A stretch of 64,000 nucleotides of DNA from Candidatus Woesearchaeota archaeon (GCA_043771635.1 JAYVHA010000019.1:71009-135008); one strand, 5' to 3'. Counted from the first letter of the stretch, positions 1 through 11,336 are shown. Translations and numbers: made by a program. The notes: a model not told the origin generated them from the sequence alone.

Positions 1-872
1 AAATTAATAGTGTGCTCTCGCTCGCCGCGTCGCATAACAGTTGTCCTTGGGAGGATCGGCTTGCAAACCTTGCTGCACCGCAAGCTCATGTTACTATTGC
101 AATTGCCGGAAAATACACTCGTCTGGAAGACAGTTACGCGTCGGTAACCGAAGCGCTCAAACATGCAGCGGCCGCAACTTCATGCCAAGTTATCGTTCGC
201 TGGATCGACACTAAAGTTATTCACAGCGCGGCCGACGCAGCGCATGCGCTTGCTGGAGTTGATGCAGTCATAGTTCCCGGCGGATTTGGAGACAGCGGAA
301 TTGATGGAAAACTGCGCATTATTGAGCGCAGCCGCGTACAGGGAATTCCATTCCTCGGGATTTGCTATGGCATGCAGCTTGCTGTTGTAGAGTTTGCCCG
401 AAGCGTTTGCGGACTTGTAGGCGCGCACACAACTGAAGTCAATCCTCAAACTCCGCATCCAGTAGTTGACTTCCTTCCTGAACAGGCAAGCCTCACTCAC
501 AAGGGAGGCACTATGCGTCTCGGCGGATTTGACGCACACACAGCGCCCGGCTCGCGAATAGAGCACCTGTATGGCGGCACCGCGCGCGAGAGGCACAGGC
601 ACCGCTACGAAGTCAATCCAGCGTATCACGAAACCTTGACGCGCCACGGGCTCGCGCTCAGCGGACTATCGCCGGACGGTACGCTCGCAGAATTTTTGGA
701 ACTACCAAGCCACCCGTACTTTGTCGCGACGCAAGCACACCCGGAGCTGCGCTCAAGCCTTGAAGAGCCAGCGCCGCTGTTCCTCGGACTTGTCCAAGCA
801 GCGCGGGAGCGAGCGCAAGAACACTCACCTGCAGTGAGCGCAAAAGCTCGAGTCTCCGAGGAACTTTTATAA
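1..872 (+). CDS. pyrG: CTP synthase, C-terminal glutamine amidotransferase domain (gene starts upstream of the window)
   Basis: Frame open from window start; motifs IAIAGKY..LEDSY.SV.EAL, VPGGFG, LGICYGMQ (catalytic Cys), GGTMRLG, ERHRHRYEVN, QAHPE. Confidence 0.97.
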   Translation, partial: INSVLSLAASHNSCPWEDRLANLAAPQAHVTIAIAGKYTRLEDSYASVTEALKHAAAATSCQVIVRWIDTKVIHSAADAAHALAGVDAVIVPGGFGDSGIDGKLRIIERSRVQGIPFLGICYGMQLAVVEFARSVCGLVGAHTTEVNPQTPHPVVDFLPEQASLTHKGGTMRLGGFDAHTAPGSRIEHLYGGTARERHRHRYEVNPAYHETLTRHGLALSGLSPDGTLAEFLELPSHPYFVATQAHPELRSSLEEPAPLFLGLVQAARERAQEHSPAVSAKARVSEELL

Positions 873-874
873 AA
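865..874 (+). promoter_or_regulatory. Archaeal TATA box for ef1b (likely leaderless mRNA)
   Basis: TTTTATAAAA starting 30 nt upstream of ATG 895; same geometry at 9330, 12025 and 16757. Confidence 0.6.
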
Positions 875-894
875 CGTTCATTATTCTTGCTCTC

Positions 895-1176
895 ATGGCA
901 CTAATCTACATCACTCTGCGCATCATGCCTGAAAGCATCGAAGCCGACCTCCCAACCATCACAGCGGAAGCTACAAAAATGATCCACGCGTTCATTAAGG
1001 AAGACCGCTCCGTGCAAGCCGAGTATAAGCCTGTTGCGTTTGGTCTCAAGGCTATTGAACTAATGTGGTCAATGCAGGAGTCAATTGGCGGAACTGAAGA
1101 CCTCGAAGCAGAAATCTGCAACATCGAGAACGTTCAGAACTGCGAATGTGTTGACGTGCGCCGCGCAATCGGATAA
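895..1176 (+). CDS. ef1b: Archaeal translation elongation factor 1-beta
   Basis: 93 aa; LRIMPES.EADL, KPVAFGLKAI, GGTEDLEAEI. Confidence 0.93.
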   Translation: MALIYITLRIMPESIEADLPTITAEATKMIHAFIKEDRSVQAEYKPVAFGLKAIELMWSMQESIGGTEDLEAEICNIENVQNCECVDVRRAIG

Positions 1177-1177
1177 A

Positions 1178-1597
1178 CTATCGCGGCACGTACGCACTCG
1201 GAGGTAATGTTGCACGCACGCTGTCCTCTTCAATACCTGGCTTGATTGTTTGATACATTAGTGAGCGCCACGCGCGCTCGCCAAGCTGCGTTGCATAGTC
1301 AGAAATTACGCGCGGCTGCTTTTGCATAATATTGACTGCAATTGCGCGCTGCACGTCTTGTGGAATTGAATCAACTTCGCAGCGAGGCGCGCCGATTAAT
1401 CCGTTAGAGCGGATCTGCTCGCCATTCACGTATGTGCCCTGCCGATTATACGCAACGCTTGCGCGTGGTAAAGACTGCTGTGCGCGAGCGCTTGCTACTT
1501 GGTACCGAATCGTATCACTGCTGCACATTCCTGCACTAAAAATAATTGCGCCCATCGCAAGGCTCCGTACTCCATTTGTTTGAGGCATTAGTTTCAC
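1178..1597 (-). CDS. Hypothetical protein, possibly exported
   Basis: 139-aa ORF filling the gap between ef1b and gyrB; short N-terminal hydrophobic stretch; no family motif recognised. Confidence 0.5.
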   Translation of the reverse strand: MKLMPQTNGVRSLAMGAIIFSAGMCSSDTIRYQVASARAQQSLPRASVAYNRQGTYVNGEQIRSNGLIGAPRCEVDSIPQDVQRAIAVNIMQKQPRVISDYATQLGERAWRSLMYQTIKPGIEEDSVRATLPPSAYVPR

Positions 1598-1715
1598 CTA
1601 ATACTAATTAGTTTGACAGCCATAAATTCTCTTCTGCTCCGCGGCCGGACTCACTCCGCCAAACCCTCGAATTCGCCAGTTATAAGGCGTATAAACCAGG
1701 TTAATTCCGACGTAA

Positions 1716-3713
<1,998 letters not shown>

Positions 3714-3748
3714 GCAGGCAAATTTTCAGCGCAAGAAAGCAATTAGTT

Positions 3749-3970
3749 TTGATTAGCATTGGAAATATAATAGTCCTAGGCCCGCTCAATGAAAGCGACT
3801 TAGAGGCTCTGATGAAAGAGCCTATGCCGAAGCAACCAGAACCTACGACGTTTGACAGGTCAAAATTCGTAATGAAAGATTCAGTGCAGTATCAATCACG
3901 AACCGTAATTCCACCGCAATTATATCACCAAACAAATAATTCGGGCTTTACCCCGAAGTACTATCGCTAA
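3749..3970 (+). CDS. Small hypothetical protein
   Basis: 73-aa ORF filling the gap after gyrB; start uncertain, no motif. Confidence 0.35.
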   Translation: MISIGNIIVLGPLNESDLEALMKEPMPKQPEPTTFDRSKFVMKDSVQYQSRTVIPPQLYHQTNNSGFTPKYYR

Positions 3971-3983
3971 TATTTGCTTAGTA

Positions 3984-5315
3984 TTATTCAAATAAGTTAA
4001 GTTGCGTTGTGCTTTTACGGTTCGAGGGGTTGCCCGGAATAATTGCGCCTTTTGGAAATTGAATTGGTTCATTTTTTACTCGGGGAATTCTTTCATGTGT
4101 TTCAAAAAAATCATTACATTGCCAAAGGGGATGTTGAACGCTCGATTCTTTAATAATCAAATTTTGATATTGCTTAGCAGATAGAGGGCTTGGTTGTGAA
4201 GAGTTTGCGAGATAAACAGAAAAGTCTGGCTCCGCACAAGTCATTCGTGGCTGTGGAACATACAGTTGTTCGCGCTCAAGCGCATCTCGGTATTCTTTTG
4301 AACTGTAACCGTGCATCGCAGCAAGTTTTGCCCGCCTCCGAGCGTAAGCAGCTGCTAACGCAACAGTTCCGCGTTTACGGTACTCAGCGTCACGAAGCTC
4401 ATCAGTAACATCTCGCTTAGCGATACAGGTATGCTTCCACGCATTTTCTCGAATACTATTTTCTTGTCGCAAATCTTTGAATCTAACTAATTCTGCAGAG
4501 GCAACCCAGCCTAATTCTCGCTGCGCACGTTCATACCGTCGCAACACATCACGACGCTCAGATAGAGTAGATGAGATTGACGCACTTTTGGAAACGTCAT
4601 CCATCTCAATTGGCTCTTCGTATGATAAACCACTTACGTAGTCTGTAAGTTCATTTAGAAGATATGCTAGCTCGCGAGACGCAGGGCGACGCGCCTTAGT
4701 AATGTATGATTGCACCTGCCCTAACAAATACTCGCCATGCTCGCGGTACTCCATCGCTTCAACCATTCCTAAGTTAGCTCGCAGCTCTGATTCGGCTTCG
4801 AGCCTTGTTATAGGAAATTCAAAATCAGAATTACCTATTGCATTTAGTATATATTCTAAGTTATGCAAACCAAAATTCGTTGTCACGGGACACGCTGTAT
4901 CCTCTAGACGTTTATAGTGTGTTTTTTCCAGTTTGACCAAAAATTCGGCGTGCCTGTTCTCCACCACATGCGCCGCTGCCAGTGCGTACGGATTGTCATC
5001 AAATTCCTCAGTTTCATCGGATTCGTCAGTATCATACCCTAATGCACGTTGTACTACTAGCCTAGCAATCATATTCAATTGTTCGTCGCTAAGGTCCCGC
5101 ACTCTGCCAGCCATAAAAGGCGCATAAGTTTGAACATCATCGAAATCCCATTTATTAGTAAAATTGCCGAACCTAATTACTCCTGGATTGTACGCAAGGC
5201 GGTAACCTCGGTCCCACGCGTGAAGTAAATATTCTATTTCGTCATCACGGACTTCATCTGAAATAGTTTGTAGTACCAACTCGTCAATGCTGCGCCCGTC
5301 TTCTTGCTCGTCCAC
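3984..5315 (-). CDS. Hypothetical protein (charged, helical) ending in QLNLFE
   Basis: 443-aa ORF with no recognisable domain; C-terminus resembles a sliding-clamp binding peptide. Confidence 0.75.
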   Translation of the reverse strand: MDEQEDGRSIDELVLQTISDEVRDDEIEYLLHAWDRGYRLAYNPGVIRFGNFTNKWDFDDVQTYAPFMAGRVRDLSDEQLNMIARLVVQRALGYDTDESDETEEFDDNPYALAAAHVVENRHAEFLVKLEKTHYKRLEDTACPVTTNFGLHNLEYILNAIGNSDFEFPITRLEAESELRANLGMVEAMEYREHGEYLLGQVQSYITKARRPASRELAYLLNELTDYVSGLSYEEPIEMDDVSKSASISSTLSERRDVLRRYERAQRELGWVASAELVRFKDLRQENSIRENAWKHTCIAKRDVTDELRDAEYRKRGTVALAAAYARRRAKLAAMHGYSSKEYRDALEREQLYVPQPRMTCAEPDFSVYLANSSQPSPLSAKQYQNLIIKESSVQHPLWQCNDFFETHERIPRVKNEPIQFPKGAIIPGNPSNRKSTTQLNLFE

Positions 5316-5353
5316 GGGCTCGGAAGCAGACTCCGCTCTTTATCCCTTACGGT

Positions 5354-6199
5354 TTAGACTTTCTTGGTAAAAGCGCCCGCTGCTACAGTCTTGTACTCGG
5401 CAGGCAGCTTGTCACCGCGTGCATATGCATACAGAATGCCATTAAACACGCCGCTAAGCGTGGACTGGAGTACTGCAGTACAAGCAAGGAGTCCGAAACC
5501 AAAAATAACAACAGGAATCAATAGCGCTGGAATTACAAATACGGTAAGCACACATACTACCATAATACTTACATACGCTGCCATGAAAACTGCGCCGAGT
5601 CCTGCAGTCATTACAATTTGTTCACCCCAGGTTTTCTTGACTAGTTCTGCGCTTCGTTTAAACGACGCGAACACACCTTGATTTTCAAGCACGATAACAG
5701 GAACCATGAACATTGTAACAATCGCCCAAGCGAAGCCGACAATTGAGAGTATAATCTGAGCGACAATACCGACAATACCGCCGCGCTCTTTTGCTTGGTC
5801 TGAAAGAATGCGTAGAATTATTCCAACTGTAGCTGATATTAGACTCCAGCCGATTATTGGAATAATACGCTTACCTGCTTCCTTCAGTCCGTAACCTATT
5901 GTCGGATTGCCTCCATGTAAGCGCATCTTAACGCAGGCTATAAGTGCAGCTTGGAAGAAGATTGCAATAAATGAAGTAAGGAAGTACCAAAGAATAAGGC
6001 CGCCATAATACACTGCTGCGCCACTTTCCGGATTAAGAAATGGAACTAGAAACGAAGGAACTACAATACCTATGAAAAGCGCTACTGCGCCAATCGCTGA
6101 CAATACTGGAAACACAAGAAGTTCTTTGTCTTGCATTAAAACATGCCAAGAGAGCTTTGTTAATTCCCAACTACGCTTAAAGGTGTCTACGATGCCCAT
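5354..6199 (-). CDS. Multi-pass membrane protein, DUF6159-like
   Basis: SWELTKLSW.VL..DKEL..FP, about 6 TM segments, VPVIVLE.....SFKRSAELVKKTWGE. Confidence 0.75.
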   Translation of the reverse strand: MGIVDTFKRSWELTKLSWHVLMQDKELLVFPVLSAIGAVALFIGIVVPSFLVPFLNPESGAAVYYGGLILWYFLTSFIAIFFQAALIACVKMRLHGGNPTIGYGLKEAGKRIIPIIGWSLISATVGIILRILSDQAKERGGIVGIVAQIILSIVGFAWAIVTMFMVPVIVLENQGVFASFKRSAELVKKTWGEQIVMTAGLGAVFMAAYVSIMVVCVLTVFVIPALLIPVVIFGFGLLACTAVLQSTLSGVFNGILYAYARGDKLPAEYKTVAAGAFTKKV

Positions 6200-6285
6200 C
6201 CTGCAAAAGGTAAAAGTCTTGGTTTTATAGTTTACGTATATTTTGAACTGAGCAACAATAAATAGGAGTAGTTCCTAGGGCAAAC

Positions 6286-7089
6286 ATGAAAAGCTCAATT
6301 CTCGTTTTGACTCTCATTTGTGCCCTCGTGCTTGCTGCATGTGGACCGGCTGAAAGTTCACCTAGTACTGATACGCCCGCTCAACCGTCAGACGTAACCA
6401 CGCCTGAGCCAGTAGATGCGCAGGCTGCTAACCCGGTAAAAACTCCTACTAAAACATCAACTGGTGACGACCGAGCAGCGTTCGAGCGCTCGTTTAGCAA
6501 TAGAGTCGAGTACATGGTCGACTACGATATTGTTAACGTGGAAAATGGCAAGTCAACAACTAGCTCCCTCACTCAGTACATTCGTGCACGCTCAGAATCA
6601 GATTATGCATTCCGAATGGACATGACAACAATGGGCACAGAAACACGCATTTATTCACAGCAAGAAAAATACGCATCGTGTTCAAAAACTGACGGTGCGT
6701 GGCAGTGCTTCGGTGGCGAGTATACTGAAGAAACAGAAGACACCAAAGTTCAATCGAGCCAGCAAGAAGCTCAAGAACTTGCAGATGATCAAACATCAAC
6801 CATCATTCGCGATGGTACAAAACAAGTTGCAGGCGTAACTGCTGAGTGCTTCAAAGTTACTGAGACTGACTCCTCACATGCACGGTATTGCCTCAAAGAT
6901 TCTGTGCCACTCTATATTGCAACATATGACGAGAAAGGCGCACTTTTCAGCGAACTTACCGCGAAGAAGTACAGTACACGAGTTTCAGACTCGGACTTTG
7001 TTCAGCCGGCAAAGACGCAAGACATTGCTGAAATGACAAAAGGCTACACTCTCCCGGACGGCTTTGAAATGCCTGAAGAATACAATTAA
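6286..7089 (+). CDS. Putative lipoprotein
   Basis: Signal peptide with lipobox LAAC, Pro/Thr-rich linker, beta-rich domain with paired Cys. Confidence 0.75.
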   Translation: MKSSILVLTLICALVLAACGPAESSPSTDTPAQPSDVTTPEPVDAQAANPVKTPTKTSTGDDRAAFERSFSNRVEYMVDYDIVNVENGKSTTSSLTQYIRARSESDYAFRMDMTTMGTETRIYSQQEKYASCSKTDGAWQCFGGEYTEETEDTKVQSSQQEAQELADDQTSTIIRDGTKQVAGVTAECFKVTETDSSHARYCLKDSVPLYIATYDEKGALFSELTAKKYSTRVSDSDFVQPAKTQDIAEMTKGYTLPDGFEMPEEYN

Positions 7090-7111
7090 AATTTTTTAAT
7101 TAGATTTTTAG

Positions 7112-7897
7112 TTATTTTGTTTGCACCTTTTTTACAATTCTTGCTTGCGTGCTGCGCGGAATAAAGCGCGTCATGAATGTCATGAACTTGTTTCGCGTGC
7201 CAGGCACAACAATACGCTTGCCGCACTGCATTCCAATGTAACCAATTCGAGCTACAGCTTGTGAAGTTGCAAGCCCACTTTTCGCAAAGGCCGGCAAGTG
7301 CTCTGTTTTTGCACGCTTCTCAAAGCCAGTTTGCGTGGGTCCGGGACACAGCGCAGTAACAGTGACACCGGAGCCAACAGTTTCTTCTGAAATGGCTTGC
7401 GAGAAAGAGAGCACATAGGATTTTGTTGCATAATATACTGCCATGTTCGGTCCTGGCAAAAATGCAGCCGTTGACGCGACATTCAAAATCTTGCCTTGCT
7501 TGCGTGCAATCATTTGCGGTAAGTAAAGGCGCGTAAGCGCAGTTAAGGCTGTGACGTTTACTGCAATCATAGCTTCTGCGTTTGCGAGGTCTGCTTGTGC
7601 AAACGGACCTGCAGCGCCAAAGCCTGCGTTGTTCACAAGAACATCGATGCGTTGCTTCCCAAGTTGCTTAGCAAGCTTTTCTGCGGCTCCAACTGCGGAT
7701 AGGTCGAGCGCTATGACTGTGCACTCGACGGAATGTGCTGCACTAAGTTCTTTAGCTACGCGCTGCAGCGCAGGCATGTCGCGCGCAACCAGAATAAGAT
7801 TGTACTTGTCCGCAGCGAAAAGCTTTGCAAGTTCAAGGCCGATGCCTGATGAAGCGCCTGTGATAAGCGCTGTCCTGTTCACAGCTGTTAGTGTCAT
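7112..7897 (-). CDS. Short-chain dehydrogenase/reductase (SDR)
   Basis: TGASSGIG, NNAG, NVAS, YYATK catalytic YxxxK, PGPT; start placed at ATG 7897 to avoid overlap with the amidase. Confidence 0.93.
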   Translation of the reverse strand: MTLTAVNRTALITGASSGIGLELAKLFAADKYNLILVARDMPALQRVAKELSAAHSVECTVIALDLSAVGAAEKLAKQLGKQRIDVLVNNAGFGAAGPFAQADLANAEAMIAVNVTALTALTRLYLPQMIARKQGKILNVASTAAFLPGPNMAVYYATKSYVLSFSQAISEETVGSGVTVTALCPGPTQTGFEKRAKTEHLPAFAKSGLATSQAVARIGYIGMQCGKRIVVPGTRNKFMTFMTRFIPRSTQARIVKKVQTK

Positions 7898-7970
7898 ACT
7901 GCTGTGCACAGCTCGCCAGTTATACATACGATGGATGGCTAACGAATTACTGTGACAATTTAACCTGCAC

Positions 7971-9209
7971 TCAACGCTGGAAAAGGATGACTGCTCCACG
8001 AGGGATTTCTGTTTCTTTGATTCCGTCACCGCTTACAAGTCCCCCCTTAGCAGTATAGTAGAATGTCGACGGCTGATTCCAGTCGCTCTTTACAACACTA
8101 AATGCACTGTGGCCGGGCTGAACAACTCCACCATATACATAGCCAGGGAGTATTCCCGTTCCATTCGGGAGAGTAGGGAACTTTCCTCTCCGTTTATCAA
8201 GATCGCGCCCAGTGAAAACACGACCATCAGGCATAAAGTAAATCGTATTCGCAGAGTTATATTCCATGCCAACAATTGAATATGGAGTGGGACCATCCAT
8301 ACCGAGCAGCCGAACAGTTTCTACTTCATCGTCAACTGTAGCAGCAATATCTCCGGAGCGAGGTAATGGATTAATTTGTGGTTGCGAAGGTTTAGGTGAT
8401 TGAGCTACTGCTTTGGGTGTTTGCTTTGGTGCAACATAGCTCGGAGCAGTATTTGATGCTGTAGCCTTTGGACCAGATGCGACAGTAGCGGAAGCCCCAC
8501 CATACAGTACTCGCTCAAGCTCTTTATCCGCCACAATTAAGCGACCTGATCGCACGTCAGGGTCGTACTTCGCGTCACTTGTAAGACCGAGCGCATAACG
8601 AACTTGCTCGGTTCCAAATTGCATACCGCATCGCTTACGACCTCTATGGTTTGCTTTTTGATATTTGTTAGGCGATCCATACGCAATCATACTGTGCGAC
8701 CAGACTTGAGCATCAGCTACTCCATAGCGACCTTGCTCATCTGCGATGAGTTGGCGAAGCGCAGTAATCTGTTTGCCAGTAATGTCACGGTCATGATACC
8801 CTGAGACTTCAATACCTACTGTCCACGAACTCAAGTCTGTTTTACCATTCCACATGCTACGACCAGCGTGCTTTGCTATGCGTTTACTTTCAATGGTACG
8901 AATTACTTCACCACTTGTTAGCACCAGATAGTTTGCAGTACCAAAGCGATGGATTGAGTTACGTGAGCTCTCATCGCCTGCTTCAGTCGTGTGCAAAACA
9001 ATACCATCTGTCCGCGACCGAACCTTACGTTGAGCATTAAATGGACTGAGCGAATCTGTAATTAGTGACGCACGTTCCTTCTTCCTCTGCTGCGATTCAA
9101 GCTCCTCAGGCATCACTGCGTCCATCGCTGCGAGACCAGCTGTCGCACCTAGAAGCTGCAAAAAGCTGCGGCGAGACAACGTTCCGTTGCGAAGATTCTC
9201 CTCTATCAT
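7971..9209 (-). CDS. N-acetylmuramoyl-L-alanine amidase (Amidase_2) with twin-arginine signal and two degenerate LysM-like C-terminal repeats
   Basis: SRRSFLQLLG Tat motif; IVLHTT, KHAGRSMWNG, VGIEVSG, VWSHS, RKRCG (His/His/Cys Zn ligands); start at ATG 9209 supported by TATA box at 9232-9240. Confidence 0.88.
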   Translation of the reverse strand: MIEENLRNGTLSRRSFLQLLGATAGLAAMDAVMPEELESQQRKKERASLITDSLSPFNAQRKVRSRTDGIVLHTTEAGDESSRNSIHRFGTANYLVLTSGEVIRTIESKRIAKHAGRSMWNGKTDLSSWTVGIEVSGYHDRDITGKQITALRQLIADEQGRYGVADAQVWSHSMIAYGSPNKYQKANHRGRKRCGMQFGTEQVRYALGLTSDAKYDPDVRSGRLIVADKELERVLYGGASATVASGPKATASNTAPSYVAPKQTPKAVAQSPKPSQPQINPLPRSGDIAATVDDEVETVRLLGMDGPTPYSIVGMEYNSANTIYFMPDGRVFTGRDLDKRRGKFPTLPNGTGILPGYVYGGVVQPGHSAFSVVKSDWNQPSTFYYTAKGGLVSGDGIKETEIPRGAVILFQR

Positions 9210-9248
9210 AGAGTATGCTGGCAAAACACAATATATAAACTTATGTAT

Positions 9249-9295
9249 TTTAACTACTACTCAATAGTTAAATATATTGCCTATATAGAAAATAA
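9249..9295 (-). promoter_or_regulatory. Tandem palindromic operator candidates upstream of the amidase TATA box
   Basis: ACTACT-ACTC-AATAGT (9253-9268) and TTGCCT-ATAT-AGAAAA (9277-9292); near-copy of 15353-15402 at the same distance from the ATG. Confidence 0.6.
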
Positions 9296-9329
9296 GTAAC
9301 TTCTCCTCTGGAATTCACAACTAGTAACG

Positions 9330-9337
9330 CTTATAAA
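9330..9337 (+). promoter_or_regulatory. TATA box for rps3ae
   Basis: CTTATAAA starting 30 nt upstream of ATG 9360. Confidence 0.55.
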
Positions 9338-9359
9338 CCGTGCCTAGTTCCGGCAATCA

Positions 9360-10007
9360 ATGGCAAATGTAAAGAAGCACTGGGTGCCAGTCCTCGCACC
9401 AACAATCTTCAAGCACGAGCAGCTCGGAGAGAGCCTTGTTCTTGAGACCAGCAGCCTTCAGGGTCGCGGTATCACCGTCAACCTCATGAACCTCACCGGC
9501 GACATGAAGCGCCAAAACCTCAGCGTCTCTTTCCGCGTAACCAACGTTGCGGAAGGAAAAGCACATACTCGCGTTACCGCAATCGAGATGCAGCCTAACT
9601 CTGTTAAGCGCCTCGTACGCCGTGGCCGCAGCAAGATCGAAGACAGCTTCCTTGTAAAGCTTAAGCACGGTCAAGTGGCACGCATCAAGCCCCTAATGAT
9701 TACTAAGAACGTTGCATCGAACACTGGCGCCGCAGCACTTCGCAAGAAATGCCGCGAAGTTATGTTACCGCTTGCAGCAGAACTCTCATTTGAAACCCTT
9801 GTTTCAGACTCCGTTGCACTTAAGCTTCAGCGCCACTTGCGCCAAGAGCTTTCAAAAGTGTTCCCGCTAAGATCAGTTGACATTCGTATGCTAAGCCTAG
9901 AAGCGCGCTTTGCTCAGGATGAAGACCGCGAAGTTGAAGCTTCAGGCTACTTGCGCGCAGACGAACCTGCTGCAATGCCAGTTTCAACTGAACCACGAAT
10001 GTTCTAA
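9360..10007 (+). CDS. rps3ae: 30S ribosomal protein S3Ae (eS1)
   Basis: KKHW..VLAP.IF, GR.ITVNL.NLTGD, VKRLVRRGRSKIEDSF, KVFPLR.VDIR. Confidence 0.94.
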   Translation: MANVKKHWVPVLAPTIFKHEQLGESLVLETSSLQGRGITVNLMNLTGDMKRQNLSVSFRVTNVAEGKAHTRVTAIEMQPNSVKRLVRRGRSKIEDSFLVKLKHGQVARIKPLMITKNVASNTGAAALRKKCREVMLPLAAELSFETLVSDSVALKLQRHLRQELSKVFPLRSVDIRMLSLEARFAQDEDREVEASGYLRADEPAAMPVSTEPRMF

Positions 10008-10066
10008 ATTTTTCAACTCTTTTTTCTTTAACTATATTCATATATTATCCTTAACCTCCCATAGCT

Positions 10067-10660
10067 ATGCAAACACAATACGGTGCAGAAGCGACTATTA
10101 CTTTCCTGCCTGACCGTGTTGTAAAAGAGCGAGCCGTGAAAGGCTACCGCAACGCAGAGCTGGATCAAAGGCTGCGCGTGCAACGTACCAAGCGAGAAGC
10201 TACCATGCTGGCAAAAGCGCCGGTGCGAGTGCCGAAAGTACTTCTGGTTGACAAGACAATAATTGAAATGGAGTGTATTGGAGGTGAGCGCTTACGTGAC
10301 TGCTTGAATAGTGAAGACGCAGCAGTACATTTCGGCACACTGCTCGGAAATATGATTCACGCGCTTCACGGCGTAGACATTATGCATGGCGACTTAACAA
10401 CTTCCAATGTCATGGTTGAAACTGCCTCTCAAGAACTTGTCCTAATTGATTTTGGCCTCGCACAATTAACTAAGCGCATCGAAGACAAAGCAGTTGATTT
10501 GCATGTACTGCGTGAAACGCTTGAAGGCAGCCATCCACTGCTTGCCGAAATATTTTGGAACGCGTTCAGTAAAGCATATACTCAAGGCGCAGCAGACAAT
10601 TCTGTGATTGCGCGTCTGACTGCAGTTGAAGCACGCGGCAGACACAAGGTGAGCCAGTAA
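10067..10660 (+). CDS. bud32: KEOPS complex kinase Bud32
   Basis: GAEA, VKER..KGYR..ELD, RTKREA, HGDLTTSN, LIDFGL, EDKAVDLHVL, C-terminal RGR. Confidence 0.93.
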   Translation: MQTQYGAEATITFLPDRVVKERAVKGYRNAELDQRLRVQRTKREATMLAKAPVRVPKVLLVDKTIIEMECIGGERLRDCLNSEDAAVHFGTLLGNMIHALHGVDIMHGDLTTSNVMVETASQELVLIDFGLAQLTKRIEDKAVDLHVLRETLEGSHPLLAEIFWNAFSKAYTQGAADNSVIARLTAVEARGRHKVSQ

Positions 10661-10664
10661 TCTA

Positions 10665-11336
10665 ATGACAGGCGCCACAGAAGTTCTAAAGCAGCCAAAG
10701 CAAGTGCTTGCGCGATTTCCTCTTGTTCGTAATTTGAAAGAGCATTTCATTCGCGTCGCTGCAGTGGCTGACATAATTTGCGAAAACTGGACAGGACCAA
10801 CGCTTGACCGCGACACCATTGTTGCTGCATGCTTGTTGCACGACGTTGGCAACATTATGAAAATTGATTTTGATTCACAGTGGCAACAAGAGTTAATGAA
10901 GCGTGACAAAGAGCTAATTCCGGAATACAAAGAAACTCAGAGCCGCGCACGAGCCCACTTTGGAAATGATACGGATGCAGTACGCGCAGGATTACTAAAA
11001 CAAGCAGGAATTGAACCGGAGCTTCGTGAGTTTATTGATCGTGCGCGCGGATTGCAAATGCCACGCATGCTTCGCGAATATGATTATGCTGGCATGATAT
11101 ATTTGTATTGTGATAACCGCGTTATGCCTAACGGCGTTTGCCTACTACGCGAGCGAATTGCTGACGCTAAGCAGCGCTACCCTGGATATTATGAAACTGC
11201 CGAGCGCAGCGCAATCGATTATGAACAGAAGCTTTGGGAAATTGAGCGCGCACTTCAAACGCACTGCGCGATTCCACTCGATTCTATTACTGACAACACT
11301 ATTGCTAAGCACCCATTGTGGAAAGCGCTGCACTAA
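10665..11336 (+). CDS. HD-domain phosphohydrolase family protein
   Basis: EH..RV, CLLHDVGN, YLYCDNRV. Confidence 0.75.
   Translation: MTGATEVLKQPKQVLARFPLVRNLKEHFIRVAAVADIICENWTGPTLDRDTIVAACLLHDVGNIMKIDFDSQWQQELMKRDKELIPEYKETQSRARAHFGNDTDAVRAGLLKQAGIEPELREFIDRARGLQMPRMLREYDYAGMIYLYCDNRVMPNGVCLLRERIADAKQRYPGYYETAERSAIDYEQKLWEIERALQTHCAIPLDSITDNTIAKHPLWKALH

Noticed and set aside
180-647. Antisense and alternative-frame ORFs in the track (this one and many others inside gyrB, the GT genes and the surface proteins)
   Set aside because: They lie within well-supported genes and show no motifs; treated as shadow ORFs
1635-1700. GC-rich stretch upstream of gyrB as a possible tRNA or ncRNA
   Set aside because: No cloverleaf, acceptor stem or proper T-loop could be built; only 4-bp stems
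7898-8029. Long N-terminal extension of the SDR given by the ORF track
   Set aside because: Overlaps the amidase 3' end; a TATA-like box near 7920 supports ATG 7897
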